Source of the DNA: Patescibacteria group bacterium
GTDB lineage: Bacteria; Patescibacteriota; Minisyncoccia; Phycocordibacterales; UBA918
Reading direction: 5' to 3'
Assembly: GCA_040386275.1 (NCBI GenBank)
Contig: JAZKFU010000002.1
Coordinates: 16,858 to 80,857 of the forward strand
Length of the DNA: 64,000 nt
Part shown: one piece after another, positions 51,964 to 62,361 of the stretch
Numbering within the stretch: position 1 is the first letter of the stretch
How the letters are laid out: each line of letters starts with the position of its first letter
Program-made: the position numbers and the translations under genes
The notes under the pieces: generated by a model
Database searches by the model: none
What the model was told of the DNA's origin: nothing
The model's input: the letters and a program-made list of their open reading frames with translations, nothing else

Positions 51964-52398
51964 CCAACCCCAAAAAGCCCCCACTCCGTATCCGGCCAGT
52001 ACTTGGGTCGCCGTATGAACTCCATACATAATACGACTATAGCCAATGATGATAATGAATGAAACTATGCAAATAATGATGCTCGTTCTCATTAAGGGTG
52101 GAAGGGTTCGAGATAGTGCATAGAGCGCTAGTCCCAGATATATGACCCCCGAGGCGTGGCCACTAGGGAAGGCATACCCTGTAACGTCAATTAGTCCATA
52201 AAGTGGTCGCGGAGTTTGAAAAAGTTCCTTTAACAATGTGGTTGAAACAATTACACCAATGGTGGTAGCAAAAAATAGAAAGGCAGTCCTCATTGTATTG
52301 TTTGTAACCAGTCCCATAAAAACTAGTGCGCAGGCCAGCACAAAACCCTTTGTACTGGCTACTTTTGTGAGGAGGAATATAAGAAAAGGGGACATCAT
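51901..52398 (-). CDS. PAP2 family phosphatase
   Basis: K.....PRP, FPSGH, SRI..GVH. Confidence 0.88.
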   Translation of the reverse strand: MMSPFLIFLLTKVASTKGFVLACALVFMGLVTNNTMRTAFLFFATTIGVIVSTTLLKELFQTPRPLYGLIDVTGYAFPSGHASGVIYLGLALYALSRTLPPLMRTSIIICIVSFIIIIGYSRIMYGVHTATQVLAGYGVGAFWGWLFLFLSQPPNTSVHHHKEEK

Positions 52399-52480
52399 GT
52401 AGTAATGGTAGCATTTTCCGTTTCATTGTATGTGCCCGGGCATTGGTTGTGATATCGGTCGGTATGGTATTATCAAACTA

Positions 52481-53659
52481 ATGATTGAAGGGGTTAAAAA
52501 AAGTAAAATAATGTTTGCGGTTGGTATCCCGCTTCTCTTTATGGGTGCGTTTGGTGTGCACTCTATGAATGTAAGTAAAGTAACGTACGATAAAAATGCA
52601 GTGACTAGTGGTACAACTACTCAGGCACAAGCAAACGGAGGATTAGCACCTACGGAAACAGTTGCTCCCACGTGGCCTCTGGCACTTGATACTGCCGAGT
52701 ACGACAAACGACTTTTAGCATTGGTGCACTACACGCCGCCAAAACCGGTGACGGTAGGTACAACGAGTACATCAACACTGGCCGTAAAGCCGATTCTGCC
52801 CACCTACAGCAGTACCAGTAATGTCACTATTGAAGGAAAGCGCTGGCCTGCGGAAGCAGTCTACCCCAACGGTGGAGCAATTTTACCATTCAAACGAATT
52901 CTGTCGTACTACGGAAACTTTTATTCTCGTCACATGGGAATTTTAGGCGAGTTTGAGCCCGATGAAGTGTTACGTCGTCTTAACGCCACAAAAGCTTTAT
53001 GGGAAGCGGCTGATCCCGATACTCCAATTCAGTTAGCTATAGAGTACATTGCGATGGTAGCGCAAGCTGACGCCGGTAGGGATGGTATGTATCGAGCAAT
53101 GATGCCAGCAACCGAAATTGAAAAAGCCTATGCGCTGGCTAAAAAAGCGGAAGCTATTTTAATTCTTGATATGCAGATTGGACTCAGTCCGATTGAGACT
53201 GAGTTGCCAAAATTTAAAATGTATTTAGAACGTCCTGAAGTTCATTTGGCACTTGACCCTGAATTTTCTATGAAAACAGGGGATCGTCCTGGAACGGTGA
53301 TTGGAACCCATAGTGCGGCTGATATAAATTATGTCATTAATTACATGTCGACGATAGTACGAGAAAATAAATTACCACCCAAAGTATTGTTAGTGCATCG
53401 CTTTACCCAAAACATGGTCACGGGTAGTGCTATGATTACGCCCACCCCTGAAGTGCAAGTGATTATGGTGATGGACGGCTGGGGGCCTAAAGATTTAAAG
53501 CGGGGAACGTATGGTCAGGTGATTGTTCCTGAACCTGTTCAATTCACCGGCCTCAAAATATTTTATAAAAATGACCTCAAGGCTCCAAGTACCGGCATTT
53601 TTACTCCACAAGAAGTACTACAACTCAATCCCAAACCGATTTTTATTCAGTATCAGTAA
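52481..53659 (+). CDS. conserved exported hypothetical protein
   Basis: TM, YYGN...MGILGE, LD.Q.G, HLALDPEF, MDGWG, G.KIFY; start uncertain. Confidence 0.7.
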   Translation: MIEGVKKSKIMFAVGIPLLFMGAFGVHSMNVSKVTYDKNAVTSGTTTQAQANGGLAPTETVAPTWPLALDTAEYDKRLLALVHYTPPKPVTVGTTSTSTLAVKPILPTYSSTSNVTIEGKRWPAEAVYPNGGAILPFKRILSYYGNFYSRHMGILGEFEPDEVLRRLNATKALWEAADPDTPIQLAIEYIAMVAQADAGRDGMYRAMMPATEIEKAYALAKKAEAILILDMQIGLSPIETELPKFKMYLERPEVHLALDPEFSMKTGDRPGTVIGTHSAADINYVINYMSTIVRENKLPPKVLLVHRFTQNMVTGSAMITPTPEVQVIMVMDGWGPKDLKRGTYGQVIVPEPVQFTGLKIFYKNDLKAPSTGIFTPQEVLQLNPKPIFIQYQ

Positions 53660-53693
53660 CTAATCAGATGTAAGTGTTGTTGTATTCCATACT

Positions 53694-53978
53694 ATGGAAA
53701 CAAAAGAGTATAGGCGGATTTTTCTAGTGGTGTGCGTTATGTTACTAGTGCCGTTACTCGGTAGTATATTTTCTGACTCATTTAATTGGGGAGTGGGTGA
53801 TTATCTTGTTATGGGGGCTCTTTTATTTGCAGTTGGAGTACTGATAATGTTTGCGCGTAAAAAAATATCGTCACCTAGTAAGCGTCTGGTGGTTATCGGT
53901 GGTGTAATCCTGTTGGCGCTACTCATTTGGGTAGAACTAGCCGTTGATGCCGTGTCAAAAGCAATAGGCTTTAATTAA
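53694..53978 (+). CDS. small membrane protein
   Basis: Three TM, NW..GDY, IWVELAV. Confidence 0.7.
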   Translation: METKEYRRIFLVVCVMLLVPLLGSIFSDSFNWGVGDYLVMGALLFAVGVLIMFARKKISSPSKRLVVIGGVILLALLIWVELAVDAVSKAIGFN

Positions 53979-54045
53979 TACTGTTCCATTAGGTAGAAAA
54001 GCAGCTTGCTCTAGCCACCTTAAGTATTAGGAGTAAAATAGAGAT

Positions 54046-55203
54046 ATGGAACCACTCGCTTCACAAATTCGTCCTACAACTCTCTCTGAATTTATTGGTC
54101 AGTCACACTTGGTGGGGCCGGATAAGCCACTTAAAATTGCCATCGAAAAGAAACATTTGTTTTCGTTTATTTTGTGGGGTCCGCCGGGAGTGGGTAAAAC
54201 TACTTTAGCGCGTATGTACGCCGAATCACTTGATGCCGAATTTTATGAGTTATCCGCAGTGTCTTCGGGTAAAGAGGATATTCGGGCGATCTTGGGTAAA
54301 GACCACGAAGTCACCTTAGGAATGCGACCGAAGATTTTATTTTTAGATGAGATCCATCGTTTTAATAAAAGCCAACAAGATTTTTTATTACCGTACGTCG
54401 AGTCTGGTGCCCTGACCTTAATTGGTGCCACAACTGAAAATCCAAGTTTTGAAGTTATCGCTGCGTTGTTGTCGCGGTGTCGGGTGTTTGTGCTTAATGA
54501 ACTTACGGTAACAGAGATGGGCGAAATAATTAAACGGGTCGAGAAAAAGCTCCGGATAAAAATTTCCAAAGCAGCCAAAGATTGGATAGTAGAAATAGGC
54601 AATGGTGACGCCAGGCAAGTTATTACCATGCTCGAGGCGACAGTAACATTGTACGGCGAAATTACTATTGATACGATGAAGGAAACGCTCCAATCAAAGT
54701 TTTTACGGTACGATAAAAAAGGCGAGGAACACTACAATACAATTAGTGCTTTTATAAAAAGTATGCGCGCCAGTCAGCCCGATGCCGCTTTATACTATAT
54801 GGCGCGGATGCTTGATGCGGGTGAAGATCCAAAATTTATCGCTCGGCGTATGGTAATTTTTGCGAGTGAAGATGTTGGTATTGCGCAACCTACGGCGCTT
54901 GTGGTTGCTAACGCCGTGTTTGAGGCGGTGACTATAATCGGTATGCCAGAATGCGGGATTAACCTGGCACATGGGGCAGTGTATTTGGCGCAAGCAAAGA
55001 AAAACCGTACTGCGTACGAAGCGTACAAAGAAGCCTTGCATGATGCGAGTGCTTTGGGGAATCTGCCAATTCCACTGATGTTACGAAATGCACCCACGGC
55101 GTTAATGAAAGATATAGGGTACGGAGAGGGGTATCAAAAGTATTCAACTAAAGATTTTATGCCCGAAAAACTTAAGGATAAAAAATATTTATCAGAGGAG
55201 TAA
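54046..55203 (+). CDS. rarA: replication-associated recombination protein A
   Basis: PLASQIRP, WGPPGVGKTT, DEIHRFNK.QQD, GATTENP, SAFIKS. Confidence 0.95.
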   Translation: MEPLASQIRPTTLSEFIGQSHLVGPDKPLKIAIEKKHLFSFILWGPPGVGKTTLARMYAESLDAEFYELSAVSSGKEDIRAILGKDHEVTLGMRPKILFLDEIHRFNKSQQDFLLPYVESGALTLIGATTENPSFEVIAALLSRCRVFVLNELTVTEMGEIIKRVEKKLRIKISKAAKDWIVEIGNGDARQVITMLEATVTLYGEITIDTMKETLQSKFLRYDKKGEEHYNTISAFIKSMRASQPDAALYYMARMLDAGEDPKFIARRMVIFASEDVGIAQPTALVVANAVFEAVTIIGMPECGINLAHGAVYLAQAKKNRTAYEAYKEALHDASALGNLPIPLMLRNAPTALMKDIGYGEGYQKYSTKDFMPEKLKDKKYLSEE

Positions 55204-55205
55204 TT

Positions 55206-55727
55206 ATGAAAAAAGTACTACCGGTAGATTTTTTTGCTCGTCCAGCCCCGGTAGTGGCAGAAGAGTTATTGGGAAAATATATAGTTACACATATTGATAC
55301 AAAACCGACGGGATTTATGATTGTAGAGACTGAAGCCTATGAAGGGGTAGATGACCTCGCTTCACATGCTTCGCGGGGACTTACTCCCCGCACGACTGTG
55401 ATGTTTGGCCCACCTGGCCACTTCTATGTCTATCTGATATATGGAATTCACCAGATGGTTAATGTGGTAACTCATAAAAAAGGAATACCCTCAGCCGTGT
55501 TGATTCGTGGAGTAGAAGGCGCGAGCGGTCCTGGCCGAGTAACTAAATTTCTCAATATTACAAAAGCCCACAACACGCTCAAGGCTGCAAAGAAAACGGG
55601 AGTATGGTTTGAAGATCGAGGGGTGGGGGCGAATGCTAGCGAGATTAAGCGTACTCCACGCATTGGGGTTGAGTATGCCGGTCCGCACTGGTCACAAAAG
55701 CCTTGGCGTTTTGTCCTTACGCCATAA
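55206..55727 (+). CDS. DNA-3-methyladenine glycosylase (MPG/AAG family)
   Basis: IVETEAY, YVYLIYG, AVLIR, GPG, PRIG. Confidence 0.92.
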   Translation: MKKVLPVDFFARPAPVVAEELLGKYIVTHIDTKPTGFMIVETEAYEGVDDLASHASRGLTPRTTVMFGPPGHFYVYLIYGIHQMVNVVTHKKGIPSAVLIRGVEGASGPGRVTKFLNITKAHNTLKAAKKTGVWFEDRGVGANASEIKRTPRIGVEYAGPHWSQKPWRFVLTP

Positions 55728-55833
55728 TTTTATTGACGGTCCCAAAAATGGTATACTGAAAAGTAACATATCCTGTTGAAATTAAAGCTTTTTGTTACGG
55801 TTGATTATTCCGCTGCTACTATCTAAAAAATAT

Positions 55834-56064
55834 ATGCCACAAGGAGATAAGTCAAAATATACCGCGAAGCAAAAAAGACAAGCCGAACATATAGAAGAGG
55901 GGTATAAAGAAAAAGGTGTCCCTGAAGATGAAGCAGAAGCGCGAGCATGGGCCACGGTTAATAAAATTACCGGCGGTGGTAAAAATCCAGGCGGTTCTGG
56001 TCGAAAACCAAATGCTCCTAAAAAAGCTGTAACTAAAAAATCCGCTAAAAAAAGTGGTGTATAG
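55834..56064 (+). CDS. small basic protein (MP.GDKSKYT.KQKR family)
   Basis: KQKRQAEHIEEGY...AEARAWATVNK..GGG. Confidence 0.7.
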   Translation: MPQGDKSKYTAKQKRQAEHIEEGYKEKGVPEDEAEARAWATVNKITGGGKNPGGSGRKPNAPKKAVTKKSAKKSGV

Positions 56065-56071
56065 TTATGTA

Positions 56072-56638
56072 ATGAAACACGTCAAAAAAATACTTTCTAA
56101 AAAACAATCAGATACTATTCTGGCTGTGTTACAAAAACGCTTTGAAGCAAACATGAATCGACACCCTAAACTTTCGTGGGCGACGGTGGTTAAAAAACTC
56201 TCTACAAATACAGAAGGGTTATGGTCTGTCTATCAGATGGAAGAAACTGGGGGAGAACCCGATGTAGTTGAACTGTCTGCGCAAAAAAACACCGTTACGT
56301 ATTGTGACTGTTCAAAAGAGAGTCCTTTGGGTCGTCGGAGTCTTTGTTACGATGCAGCAGCGCTTATCAAGCGAAAGGAAAATAAACCACAAGGCAGTGC
56401 TGTTGGTATGGCAGAAATGATGGGAATTCAATTGCTGACTGAAGAATCGTACCGAGCCTTACAAACATTGGGTACCTTTGATAGTAAAACCTCGAGCTGG
56501 CTTGATACACCCGCTGATATTCGCGAGAAGGGCGGAGCCATTTTTGCTGATTTTCGTTTTGGAAGGGTATTTATCTACCACAATGGCGTCGAATCCTATT
56601 ATAGTGGGCGCGGATTTAGAGGAATTATTACAATGTAA
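56072..56638 (+). CDS. DUF4256 family protein
   Basis: RFE.NM.RH, ME.TGGEPD, ESP.GRRSLCYD, YHNG..SYY..RGFRG. Confidence 0.85.
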   Translation: MKHVKKILSKKQSDTILAVLQKRFEANMNRHPKLSWATVVKKLSTNTEGLWSVYQMEETGGEPDVVELSAQKNTVTYCDCSKESPLGRRSLCYDAAALIKRKENKPQGSAVGMAEMMGIQLLTEESYRALQTLGTFDSKTSSWLDTPADIREKGGAIFADFRFGRVFIYHNGVESYYSGRGFRGIITM

Positions 56639-56718
56639 ATATTTTTATAATATTCATTATAAAAAAAATAGTAATCCACATTACCCATCGGGTGTGGAGT
56701 GCGGTATACTGTAGGTAT

Positions 56719-57981
56719 ATGAACAGGTATACACAAAGTAATAGTGGCTTTACAGCCAAAGCGGCATTATTAACAGCAGTAATTGCAGGATCTTTATTTT
56801 TTATTAGTACTAGCGCCAGTGCGGCAACGGTTTGTACGTTTGAACGTGATTTGCAAATGGGTGTTGTGGGCGAAGATGTGCGATGTTTGCAACAATATCT
56901 TAATGCCAATGGGTTTGTTATTACTATCACGGGCGGAGGATCACCCGGAAAGGAAACGACTGAGTTTAAAACCTTAACTGAAGCAGCGTTAATTAAATGG
57001 CAACAAGCCAATAAATTGTCTCCGGCAAGTGGATATTTTGGACCTCGATCACAGGCTGTATACGCTACACTGGTAAACGATACTACGGTAACTACGCCAG
57101 TAGCGACTACTACCACTCCTACGACTGGCGGCATTCTTTCACCAGCTGATCTTTTGAAAAAAGTGGAAGAATTAAAAACACAGTTGTCGGGCAGTATTGT
57201 CAGTACTCCAGCTCCAACCACTCCTACCACACCAGCATCTACGGTGAGTTCTGGTGGTGCCAAGCTTCTTAAAGAAATTACAAAGTCACTTCGTGAAGCC
57301 GAAGAAGAAGTGAGTGATAATGATGATGCGGAAGATTACGAAGATGCAATTGATAGTCTCACCGACGCACGTGATAATTTCTACACAGCGGTTCTCGCGT
57401 TTCTTTCTGGTGATGAGGACGAAGCTGAGGATGCTTTAAACGAAGTGGAAGATAGTGTTGAAGACGCTCTTGATGCAGTTGGTGCTTCAAGTGAAGCTAA
57501 TGAAGCCGAAGATTTAATTGATGAAGTTGATGATGCTATTGATGAAGCGGAAGATGAAATAGAAGAAGCAGACGCTGATGGTAAAGCCACCAGTGAAGCC
57601 GAAGACATATTAGATGAAGCGAGTGACGTATTAGATGAAGCTAAAACTGCGTTGGAGGATGAAGACTATGACGATGCGCTTGATCTAGCAGAAGAAGCCG
57701 AAGATTTAGTGAATGATGCCATTGACGCTATTGGATCAAATGGTGGTGATGTTGAAGATGAATTAGATGACGCTCGAAATGAATTAGACGATGTACGAGA
57801 AGACGTGGATGCGGCCGAAGATGATGGCGAAGATATGGAAGATGCACAAGAGTATTTAGATGAGGCGGAAGATTTATTGGATGATGCGGAAGAGGCTCTC
57901 GATAATGATGATGAGGATGAAGCGGAAGAGTTGATTGAGGAGGCTTTGGACCTAATCGCCGACGCTTCAGACGAACTTTAG
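56719..57981 (+). CDS. exported protein: peptidoglycan-binding domain, Thr/Pro linker, acidic helical repeats
   Basis: GEDVRCLQQYLN...T.AAL.KWQ...GYFGP.S; D/E-rich C-terminal half. Confidence 0.75.
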   Translation: MNRYTQSNSGFTAKAALLTAVIAGSLFFISTSASAATVCTFERDLQMGVVGEDVRCLQQYLNANGFVITITGGGSPGKETTEFKTLTEAALIKWQQANKLSPASGYFGPRSQAVYATLVNDTTVTTPVATTTTPTTGGILSPADLLKKVEELKTQLSGSIVSTPAPTTPTTPASTVSSGGAKLLKEITKSLREAEEEVSDNDDAEDYEDAIDSLTDARDNFYTAVLAFLSGDEDEAEDALNEVEDSVEDALDAVGASSEANEAEDLIDEVDDAIDEAEDEIEEADADGKATSEAEDILDEASDVLDEAKTALEDEDYDDALDLAEEAEDLVNDAIDAIGSNGGDVEDELDDARNELDDVREDVDAAEDDGEDMEDAQEYLDEAEDLLDDAEEALDNDDEDEAEELIEEALDLIADASDEL

Positions 57982-57989
57982 GACTTCCA

Positions 57990-58095
57990 TAAACGGCACG
58001 CTACTGCGTTGCACAGCGGCAAAATTTTCTTCACCGTACCAATGTACGGCTCAGAAAATTTTCCTTGCGCGCCTTGTATCGCACTCGTTTCTGAA
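57990..58095. repeat. REP-like palindromic intergenic element, copy 2
   Basis: aaaattttct-tcaccgtac-caat-gtacggctc-agaaaatttt; cgccttgta. Confidence 0.6.
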
Positions 58096-58177
58096 ACCCC
58101 CAAACAAAAACCCCTGGTGGGGTTTTTGTTTTTGTTTATGTAGAGCTAAATGATGACTTTAAATTGAGGGTAGAAAT

Positions 58178-59224
58178 TTACTTGATGCCGAAGACTTTTC
58201 TTAGGCCGGCTACGTGTTCTTCGTAGGTTTTGCTGCAGTAGAAGGTGCCGTCGGTGTCGTGGAAGTAAAAGAGACAGTCAGTTTGTCGGGGGTTGAGGGC
58301 GGCAATGACGGCATCAATTGAAGGGTTAGAGATTGGTTCTGGAGGCAAGCCCTCGTTTTGGTATGTGTTAAAGGGAGACTTGATGTATTTGTCAGCCGGG
58401 ACCGGGACTGGCCACCAGCGTTCATTGTTTTTGCCACCACGAGCATACTGTAAGGTGGCATCTATTTGTAACCGCATATCAATAAATAAACGATTCCAAA
58501 TCACTCCCGAGATGTACCGCATGTCTTCAAAATCATAGGCTTCTCGTTCAAGTAGGGAAGCGATAATCAAGGCGTCTTTCAAGGGTACTACTTCTTCGAT
58601 GTCACCTGTGTAGCGAGTTCTGATTTCGGCGTTAAACCGATCCGCCACCAATCGCGCCACATCCTCGGGGGTAGCTTCTTTGGTGATGGTGTATTTGCCC
58701 GGGTACATGGTTCCATTTTCAACCAAAGGATCCTCTTCGCGCATTCGGGTTATAAAATCCGCTTGTTTTTTTGCATCCCAGCGTAGAATTCGAGCAATGT
58801 TTTGTGTGACCTCCTCATTACGTTCACCTGAGTTAATAACGAGTGTTCGGCTAATTGGGGTAGCCAGATTTTGATACCAGTCCATGCGCGCTAATTTTGA
58901 TTGGAGCATCGCTAAAAAACCAGAGGGGGTTTTTATATTGGTATGATTGCTGGCAATTGAAGTATTAAGATATGATTCGATTAACGTATTTTCGGTAATG
59001 ATTTTTGTTTGTGGGTTAACGCTAACTGGAAAAGGAGTAACTACCGTGGCGTCCATTGGATTAATAGGGCTACTTTCAACTTCTGCATAAGAAATTACTT
59101 TTACTTGCAATAAAAAAATTAATATTGAAAATATAATTATCGCTAAAACAGTCAAAGGCCACACAACGTGTCTTCGAGCGATTGGTTTAGGATTTGCTAA
59201 TTGAAGTTTGGTTACTCGAACCAT
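58178..59224 (-). CDS. mltG: endolytic transglycosylase MltG (YceG)
   Basis: IASLLEREA, NRL...MRLQIDAT, SPFNTY..GLPP.PISNP. Confidence 0.9.
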   Translation of the reverse strand: MVRVTKLQLANPKPIARRHVVWPLTVLAIIIFSILIFLLQVKVISYAEVESSPINPMDATVVTPFPVSVNPQTKIITENTLIESYLNTSIASNHTNIKTPSGFLAMLQSKLARMDWYQNLATPISRTLVINSGERNEEVTQNIARILRWDAKKQADFITRMREEDPLVENGTMYPGKYTITKEATPEDVARLVADRFNAEIRTRYTGDIEEVVPLKDALIIASLLEREAYDFEDMRYISGVIWNRLFIDMRLQIDATLQYARGGKNNERWWPVPVPADKYIKSPFNTYQNEGLPPEPISNPSIDAVIAALNPRQTDCLFYFHDTDGTFYCSKTYEEHVAGLRKVFGIK

Positions 59225-59313
59225 AATACGGGTTAGTATGACATAAAAAACCACGAGTTGTAATCTTTTTTTTCGACAGGCGCTCAGTGTATAGGATGGT
59301 ATACTACATCTAT

Positions 59314-59724
59314 ATGAAATGGATTTTTAGATTTTTTGTTGTGCTGGGAGTGATATTTTTTGTACTAATTCTAGGGGTAGTCTATTTTGTGGTAGCCGAC
59401 CCTTATAATCTACGTCCCTTGGTCACTAGTTTGTACAATGCAACCACGGGTGAAGTGTCAGATGACATGGCTTCATCATCAATTACACATATGGAAACGC
59501 AAACTGCTAATGATAACTCCAGTGAAGATGTCGGAAGTTTAAGTGAAAATCAGGTCCAGGCCCTAGAGGCGGTTGGAATCGACAGGGATAGTGTCCCCTC
59601 ACAATTTTCGCCTGAGCAAACTGCTTGTTTTGTGGAAATATTAGGTCAAGCGCGCGTCGACGCAATTGTAGCGGGTGATACACCAACCCCTGCAGAATTT
59701 TTTCAAGCAAAAGGGTGTCTTTAG
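59314..59724 (+). CDS. membrane-anchored hypothetical protein
   Basis: N-terminal TM, two Cys. Confidence 0.65.
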   Translation: MKWIFRFFVVLGVIFFVLILGVVYFVVADPYNLRPLVTSLYNATTGEVSDDMASSSITHMETQTANDNSSEDVGSLSENQVQALEAVGIDRDSVPSQFSPEQTACFVEILGQARVDAIVAGDTPTPAEFFQAKGCL

Positions 59725-59727
59725 TAT

Positions 59728-60486
59728 ATGAAAACGCTTCTCGTCTGTGTAGGAATATTTTCTGTTCTTGTAAGTATTATAGTTTATTTACTTATAGCGC
59801 AACGGGGGGATGACTCCATATCTGATACCACGCAACCCAGTGTTTCTTCAGGTGAAATAATTACGTTTGATCAAGCAACTGTGTACACGTGCACCCAAGG
59901 AGCGGTGATTGCTATTGCCTACAAAACAAACAATCGTACGGTAATGGAATTATCTTTGCCGAACGTTGGTCCACTCATTTTGACTAACAAAGAAAATCAG
60001 TATCAAAACGAGCAAGGGTACATTGTGTCTGAAAATTCCAGCGTGATTGAGGTAAAAAAAGATGGTGAAAATATATACACTACGTGCACGATTGGTACGC
60101 CGGCCGTAGCTCCTTCTTCAACTGAGATAGTGAGTGGTATCGGAGCCAATACTTCATACCGTTGGATAGAGACAACGTTTGCAACCGGAACTTCAGTTGT
60201 GCCAAACGCACCAGAAGATTTTATCCTTACCTTTGCTGCTGATAATCGTTTTAGTGCAAATACTGATTGTAATAATATCGGCGGCGGGTACGCCAGCGTG
60301 TCCTCTAATGAGCTACGTTTTACCGACATAATTTCAACCCGGATGGCCTGTATCGGAGATACCAAAGAAGGGGAATTCATTCTTCAGCTTGAACAAGTTT
60401 CATCGTATGAGATGAAAAATGGTGAACTGCTCTTGAATATTGCAGGCGCAGAAACGAGTGGTCAAATGAAATTTGTGGCACTGTAA
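59728..60486 (+). CDS. META-domain protein with MliC-like N-terminal region
   Basis: TDCNNIGGGY, STRMAC (META); Y.C N-terminal pattern. Confidence 0.75.
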   Translation: MKTLLVCVGIFSVLVSIIVYLLIAQRGDDSISDTTQPSVSSGEIITFDQATVYTCTQGAVIAIAYKTNNRTVMELSLPNVGPLILTNKENQYQNEQGYIVSENSSVIEVKKDGENIYTTCTIGTPAVAPSSTEIVSGIGANTSYRWIETTFATGTSVVPNAPEDFILTFAADNRFSANTDCNNIGGGYASVSSNELRFTDIISTRMACIGDTKEGEFILQLEQVSSYEMKNGELLLNIAGAETSGQMKFVAL

Positions 60487-60552
60487 CATAATGCAATAGC
60501 TCCTCGGTTACCCTCGCGTCTTTTGCTATCTGTGATAGAGTAGCACCTACAT

Positions 60553-61323
60553 ATGTCGAACACAGAATTAGTCTATATTTTTGGTAAGCATGCGGTCTTG
60601 GAGGCCTTGATTCATCGTCCAGAAATTATTAAAGAGCTCTATATAGAGCATGGTTTTACTGACGAAAAAATATTTAACCGTCTGACCAAAACAAAGATTG
60701 TTCCTAAGCCCCTTAACCCAAAACGTCTCCCGGGAGGGTTGCGTGGAGAAGCTGTACACCAGGGTATTATTGCGGGTATTGCGGTGCAACAACTGATGCG
60801 AGAATACAAGGAGTTTATGAGTACCGTCACGCCCGACCCTAGTACGTGTTTTTTAATCTTAGGAGAAGTACAAGATCCACATAATGTGGGAGCAGTCATC
60901 CGTAGCGCTGCCGCTTTTGGGTTAGCAGGAGTAATGATTCCGCCTCACAATCAAGCGCCGGTCACGGGGACGGTGGTTAAAGTTTCAGCGGGGATGGCGT
61001 TTCGAATTCCGCTTATTGAAATTCGCAATGTAAACGCTACCGTTCGTGATTTGAAAGATCGTGGGTTTTGGATTTATGGACTAGCCGGAGAAGGTGCGGT
61101 GGCAGTAACCACAGAAGTCTTTACGAAGCCCACGGCCTTTATTCTTGGTAATGAAGGAGCTGGTTTGCGAGAAAAGACGCGCGAAGTGTGTGATACGCTC
61201 GTCTCGATTCCCATGCATCCACGGTGCGAATCGCTTAACGCCGCCGCCTCTGCCGCTGTTGTAATGTATGCCTGGAGTGCTCAACATAATGCTGCTTTGT
61301 CCACGCCCGCTACGCTAAAGTAA
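60553..61323 (+). CDS. rlmB: 23S rRNA Gm2251 methyltransferase (TrmH family)
   Basis: HQGI, QDPHNVGAVIRSA, GNEGAG, ESLNA. Confidence 0.88.
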   Translation: MSNTELVYIFGKHAVLEALIHRPEIIKELYIEHGFTDEKIFNRLTKTKIVPKPLNPKRLPGGLRGEAVHQGIIAGIAVQQLMREYKEFMSTVTPDPSTCFLILGEVQDPHNVGAVIRSAAAFGLAGVMIPPHNQAPVTGTVVKVSAGMAFRIPLIEIRNVNATVRDLKDRGFWIYGLAGEGAVAVTTEVFTKPTAFILGNEGAGLREKTREVCDTLVSIPMHPRCESLNAAASAAVVMYAWSAQHNAALSTPATLK

Positions 61324-61398
61324 TACCCAAAAAAACTGAATTATGGTAAATTAAAGGTATCTCATTTTTTTGGAGAATTTACTGTAACTAATTTTTGT

Positions 61399-62313
61399 AT
61401 GCAAGATAATAATCAGACACCAGACACCCACGGAGGAGTGCCGGATCCGGAAACCAACGCTGTTTCTCCGACTACTCCAATGAACGAAGAAGCTATGCCA
61501 AGCACTCTACCTACTGAGTCGCCTGTTGAAGTAGCTCACCCGGAAGTACCTACGCCCGCAGCAGTTTCAGAAACACCCACAGCGGGAGAGTCATCAAAGA
61601 AACAATTTTTGATGCAGTATGGAATTGCTGCGTTAGTGGTATTAGTGATGGGTACCGGTTTAGCGTACGCTCTTGAACAACAAGGTCGCATCAATACCGG
61701 AGTATTTGATGCAATTGGTAGTGTTATTAAGCCTGAACCACTCGCCGCTAAAGTAAATGGTACTGGTATTACCTTGGCTGATTATGAAAAAAATCTCACT
61801 CAACTAAATACCGCTGCTACGCAACAAGGGGCAGATATTACGAATGAAAGTATTGCCCAAGAAATCAAAACCCAAGCGATTGATGTGTTAGTAAACACTG
61901 AACTCTTGCGACAAGAAGCGCGTAAAAATGGAGCTAATGTTACTGCCGAAGATATTGACGCTCGTTATGAAGAAATTCTTACCAGTATCGGTGGCGAAGA
62001 AAAATTGGCAGCTAAAATGACAGAACTTGGTATTACGCAAGAAAGTTTACGAAAAGATATTGAAGGTGAAATTTTAATCCAAGGACATTTAGCAGAAGCA
62101 GTTGATACTTCAAGTATCACGGTAACGGAAGATGACCTTAAAGCTGCGTACGCTCAAATTAGTGGAACGGCTGCAACGGGAGTTACTGTGCCACCACTAG
62201 AAGAAATTAAAACGCAACTGGAAGCTCAGTTAAAGACAAACAAAGAGCAAGAATTAGTGAATGCCTACATCACCAAATTACGAGAAGGGGCAGACATTGA
62301 AGTCTTGATTTAA
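61399..62313 (+). CDS. SurA N-terminal domain (PrsA-like) chaperone
   Basis: AKVNG..IT, L...ELL.QEA, Y..KLRE.ADI; no parvulin motif seen. Confidence 0.75.
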   Translation: MQDNNQTPDTHGGVPDPETNAVSPTTPMNEEAMPSTLPTESPVEVAHPEVPTPAAVSETPTAGESSKKQFLMQYGIAALVVLVMGTGLAYALEQQGRINTGVFDAIGSVIKPEPLAAKVNGTGITLADYEKNLTQLNTAATQQGADITNESIAQEIKTQAIDVLVNTELLRQEARKNGANVTAEDIDARYEEILTSIGGEEKLAAKMTELGITQESLRKDIEGEILIQGHLAEAVDTSSITVTEDDLKAAYAQISGTAATGVTVPPLEEIKTQLEAQLKTNKEQELVNAYITKLREGADIEVLI

Positions 62314-62361
62314 GATCGATACAACTGACCGTTTCACCGGTCGGTTGTATTATTTTTACAT

